From NCBI GenBank assembly GCA_944391315.1, contig CALXTD010000006.1, positions 1 to 61,905 of the forward strand: a stretch of 61,905 nt of DNA, read 5' to 3'. The number at the start of each line of letters is the position of its first letter. The first letter of the stretch is position 1. Position numbers and translations under genes: made by a program. This DNA comes from an uncultured Alphaproteobacteria bacterium (GTDB lineage: Bacteria; Pseudomonadota; Alphaproteobacteria; RF32; CAG-239). This document shows, one piece after another, positions 60,436 to 61,905 of the stretch. Below the pieces are notes generated by a model that was given only the letters and a program-made list of their open reading frames with translations, was not told where the DNA came from and ran no database searches.

Positions 60436-60540
60436 AAAAACAGAGAAACGTCTCACGACGGTTCTCTATGATTGATTTGTTTTCTCAATTGCTAAAGATT
60501 AACATCTGCGTTTCACAACGGCTTAGTCTTTGTTTACATT
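60434..60540 (-). ncRNA. Candidate small RNA with two GUGA-tetraloop hairpins
   Basis: Minus strand has cgtt-GTGA-aacg and cgtc-GTGA-gacg in extended stems, ending in a T-tract. Confidence 0.35.
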
Positions 60541-60690
60541 TAGAGAGTATAAAATAGTAATCACAATAATTAGTAACTGTCATCTTTTTATCATTTTATT
60601 TTGTTAACTGCTTTTTTTAAAAAGCTTTTATTTTATTTTTATTCATGATAAAAGAGGGTACCTTGTTGTTTTTGTGAAAGGAACTTTTTG

Positions 60691-61464
60691 ATGTCTAAAA
60701 TTGTTACCATGATTCCGGTGCGCATGGCCTCTACTCGCCTGCCGAACAAGCCTTTGCTCGATGTGAACGGAAAAAGTGTGTTACAACGCGTTTATGAAAA
60801 TGTTAAAGCCGCTGTTCCCGGAGATATTATTATTGCCGCCGGTGATCAGGTTTTGGTTGATGAGGCTAAAAAATTTGGCGCAACCGCTATTTTGACAGAT
60901 CCTAAACTGCCGAGCGGAACAGATCGTATTGCCGCCGCACTTAATCAAATTGACCCTGATGGTTCAAAATATGATATTGTTGTTGATTTTCAGGGAGACG
61001 GACTCAATGTTGACCCGAAAGTTAATCTTGACTTAATCGAAATGATTGAACGCACGGACTGTGATATTGCGACTTGCGGTATGCTCTTCAAAAACGAGAA
61101 AGATATTCATGATCCGACTATGGTTAAAATCTGTATGGGGCTTCGTGAAGGCGAAACCGAAGGTCGCTGCCTATATTTTACTCGCGCGGCGGCTCCTTAT
61201 ATCCGTAATCCGGAAAAGTGCAAAAATCATGATTATTATCATCATATCGGAATTTATGTCTTTAAGGCAAAATCTCTTAAAAAAATCGTGTCTTTACCGG
61301 TTGGCGTTTTGGAAGAAAAAGAATCTCTTGAGCAACTGCGTGCCCTTGAAAACGGTATGACCATTCGCGCAAAAATCATCGGCAATATGAAGCTGATTGA
61401 TGAAGCGCCGGCCGATATTAACACCCCTGAAGAATATGCCGAAGCCTGTAAGTGGATTAAGTAA
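60691..61464 (+). CDS. kdsB: CMP-Kdo synthetase
   Basis: IPVRMASTRLPNKPL, SGTDR, QGD, LYFTR, HHIGIY, ESLEQLRALENG. Confidence 0.92.
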   Translation: MSKIVTMIPVRMASTRLPNKPLLDVNGKSVLQRVYENVKAAVPGDIIIAAGDQVLVDEAKKFGATAILTDPKLPSGTDRIAAALNQIDPDGSKYDIVVDFQGDGLNVDPKVNLDLIEMIERTDCDIATCGMLFKNEKDIHDPTMVKICMGLREGETEGRCLYFTRAAAPYIRNPEKCKNHDYYHHIGIYVFKAKSLKKIVSLPVGVLEEKESLEQLRALENGMTIRAKIIGNMKLIDEAPADINTPEEYAEACKWIK

Positions 61465-61523
61465 ATTTTTTGATGATAAGAAAAAAATTTAGCGGCTCTG
61501 TTACGAGCCGCTTTTTTGCACTG

Positions 61524-61905
61524 TTACATACCACAAGGCAAGTTGTCTCCTCCGCTTTCGTAACAATATCCTCGTGAAGCTGCCGGTAAGCACCAATCTC
61601 CGGCTTCAGTTCCTACTGTTTTATACTCACGTGCAGCCCAGACAGCAGGATACGTACTGCTAGTCCCTTGCGCTCTTATCTTTGCACTATTTTCACAACT
61701 TGCATAGTCTGTTGCCGCTGTATCTTTTGATGTATAGTTCGTCAAACCCGAGATATCAACATATTCCGTTGACCACAGATATATCGTGCCGCCATTAACA
61801 GATTCCAATGCCAGTGCTTGTCCGCCGACCACACATTCCCAATTCCACCAACGCCGACACCCATAGCAGACATAAGCATCGTCGAAATCATCAAACTTTT
61901 CCTGT
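61524..61905 (-). CDS. 3' part of a surface-protein-like ORF (DUF1566-like segment), possibly rearranged; runs off window
   Basis: GQALAL, ENSAKI, YPAVWAA.EY, GDWCLPAA. The frame is open to the window edge, with a terminator at about 61490-61517. Confidence 0.45.
   Translation of the reverse strand, partial: QEKFDDFDDAYVCYGCRRWWNWECVVGGQALALESVNGGTIYLWSTEYVDISGLTNYTSKDTAATDYASCENSAKIRAQGTSSTYPAVWAAREYKTVGTEAGDWCLPAASRGYCYESGGDNLPCGM

Overview
This is a chromosomal window from an AT-rich bacterium. The gene set and order (secA-ppiC, ffh-rpsP-rimM-trmD-rplS, phoB, opgG/opgH, kdsB, nifJ-type PFOR, DPSL) suggest an anaerobic, probably host-associated alphaproteobacterium (inference). Most of it is housekeeping and envelope genes plus tRNA-Thr(CGT) and tRNA-Gly(CCC). 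The stand-out region is about 51.6-55.5 kb, a tandem array of cassettes. Each has a duplicated promoter region with DnaA-box-like 9-mers, a protein with a shared, unrecognised N-terminus (MNMYKKFQSPLGYQATDS.IDSYGVDHS.FS.RDELEYQF) and an unrelated C-terminus, then a small membrane protein. One C-terminus resembles the Tlde1/DUF2778 L,D-transpeptidase-fold toxins. The cassettes are interleaved with an XRE HTH gene behind a highly structured C4/CI-like RNA leader and a recurring boundary motif, which fits a candidate undescribed polymorphic toxin-immunity system. Other oddities are a ~202-bp tandem repeat carrying the tRNA-Gly 3' end, catalytically degenerate Asd and serine-recombinase homologues, a MurD2-like ligase, a secreted 20-aa repeat protein, two candidate sRNAs and several deletion-type gene remnants. 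All calls come from motif recognition by eye; no searches were run.
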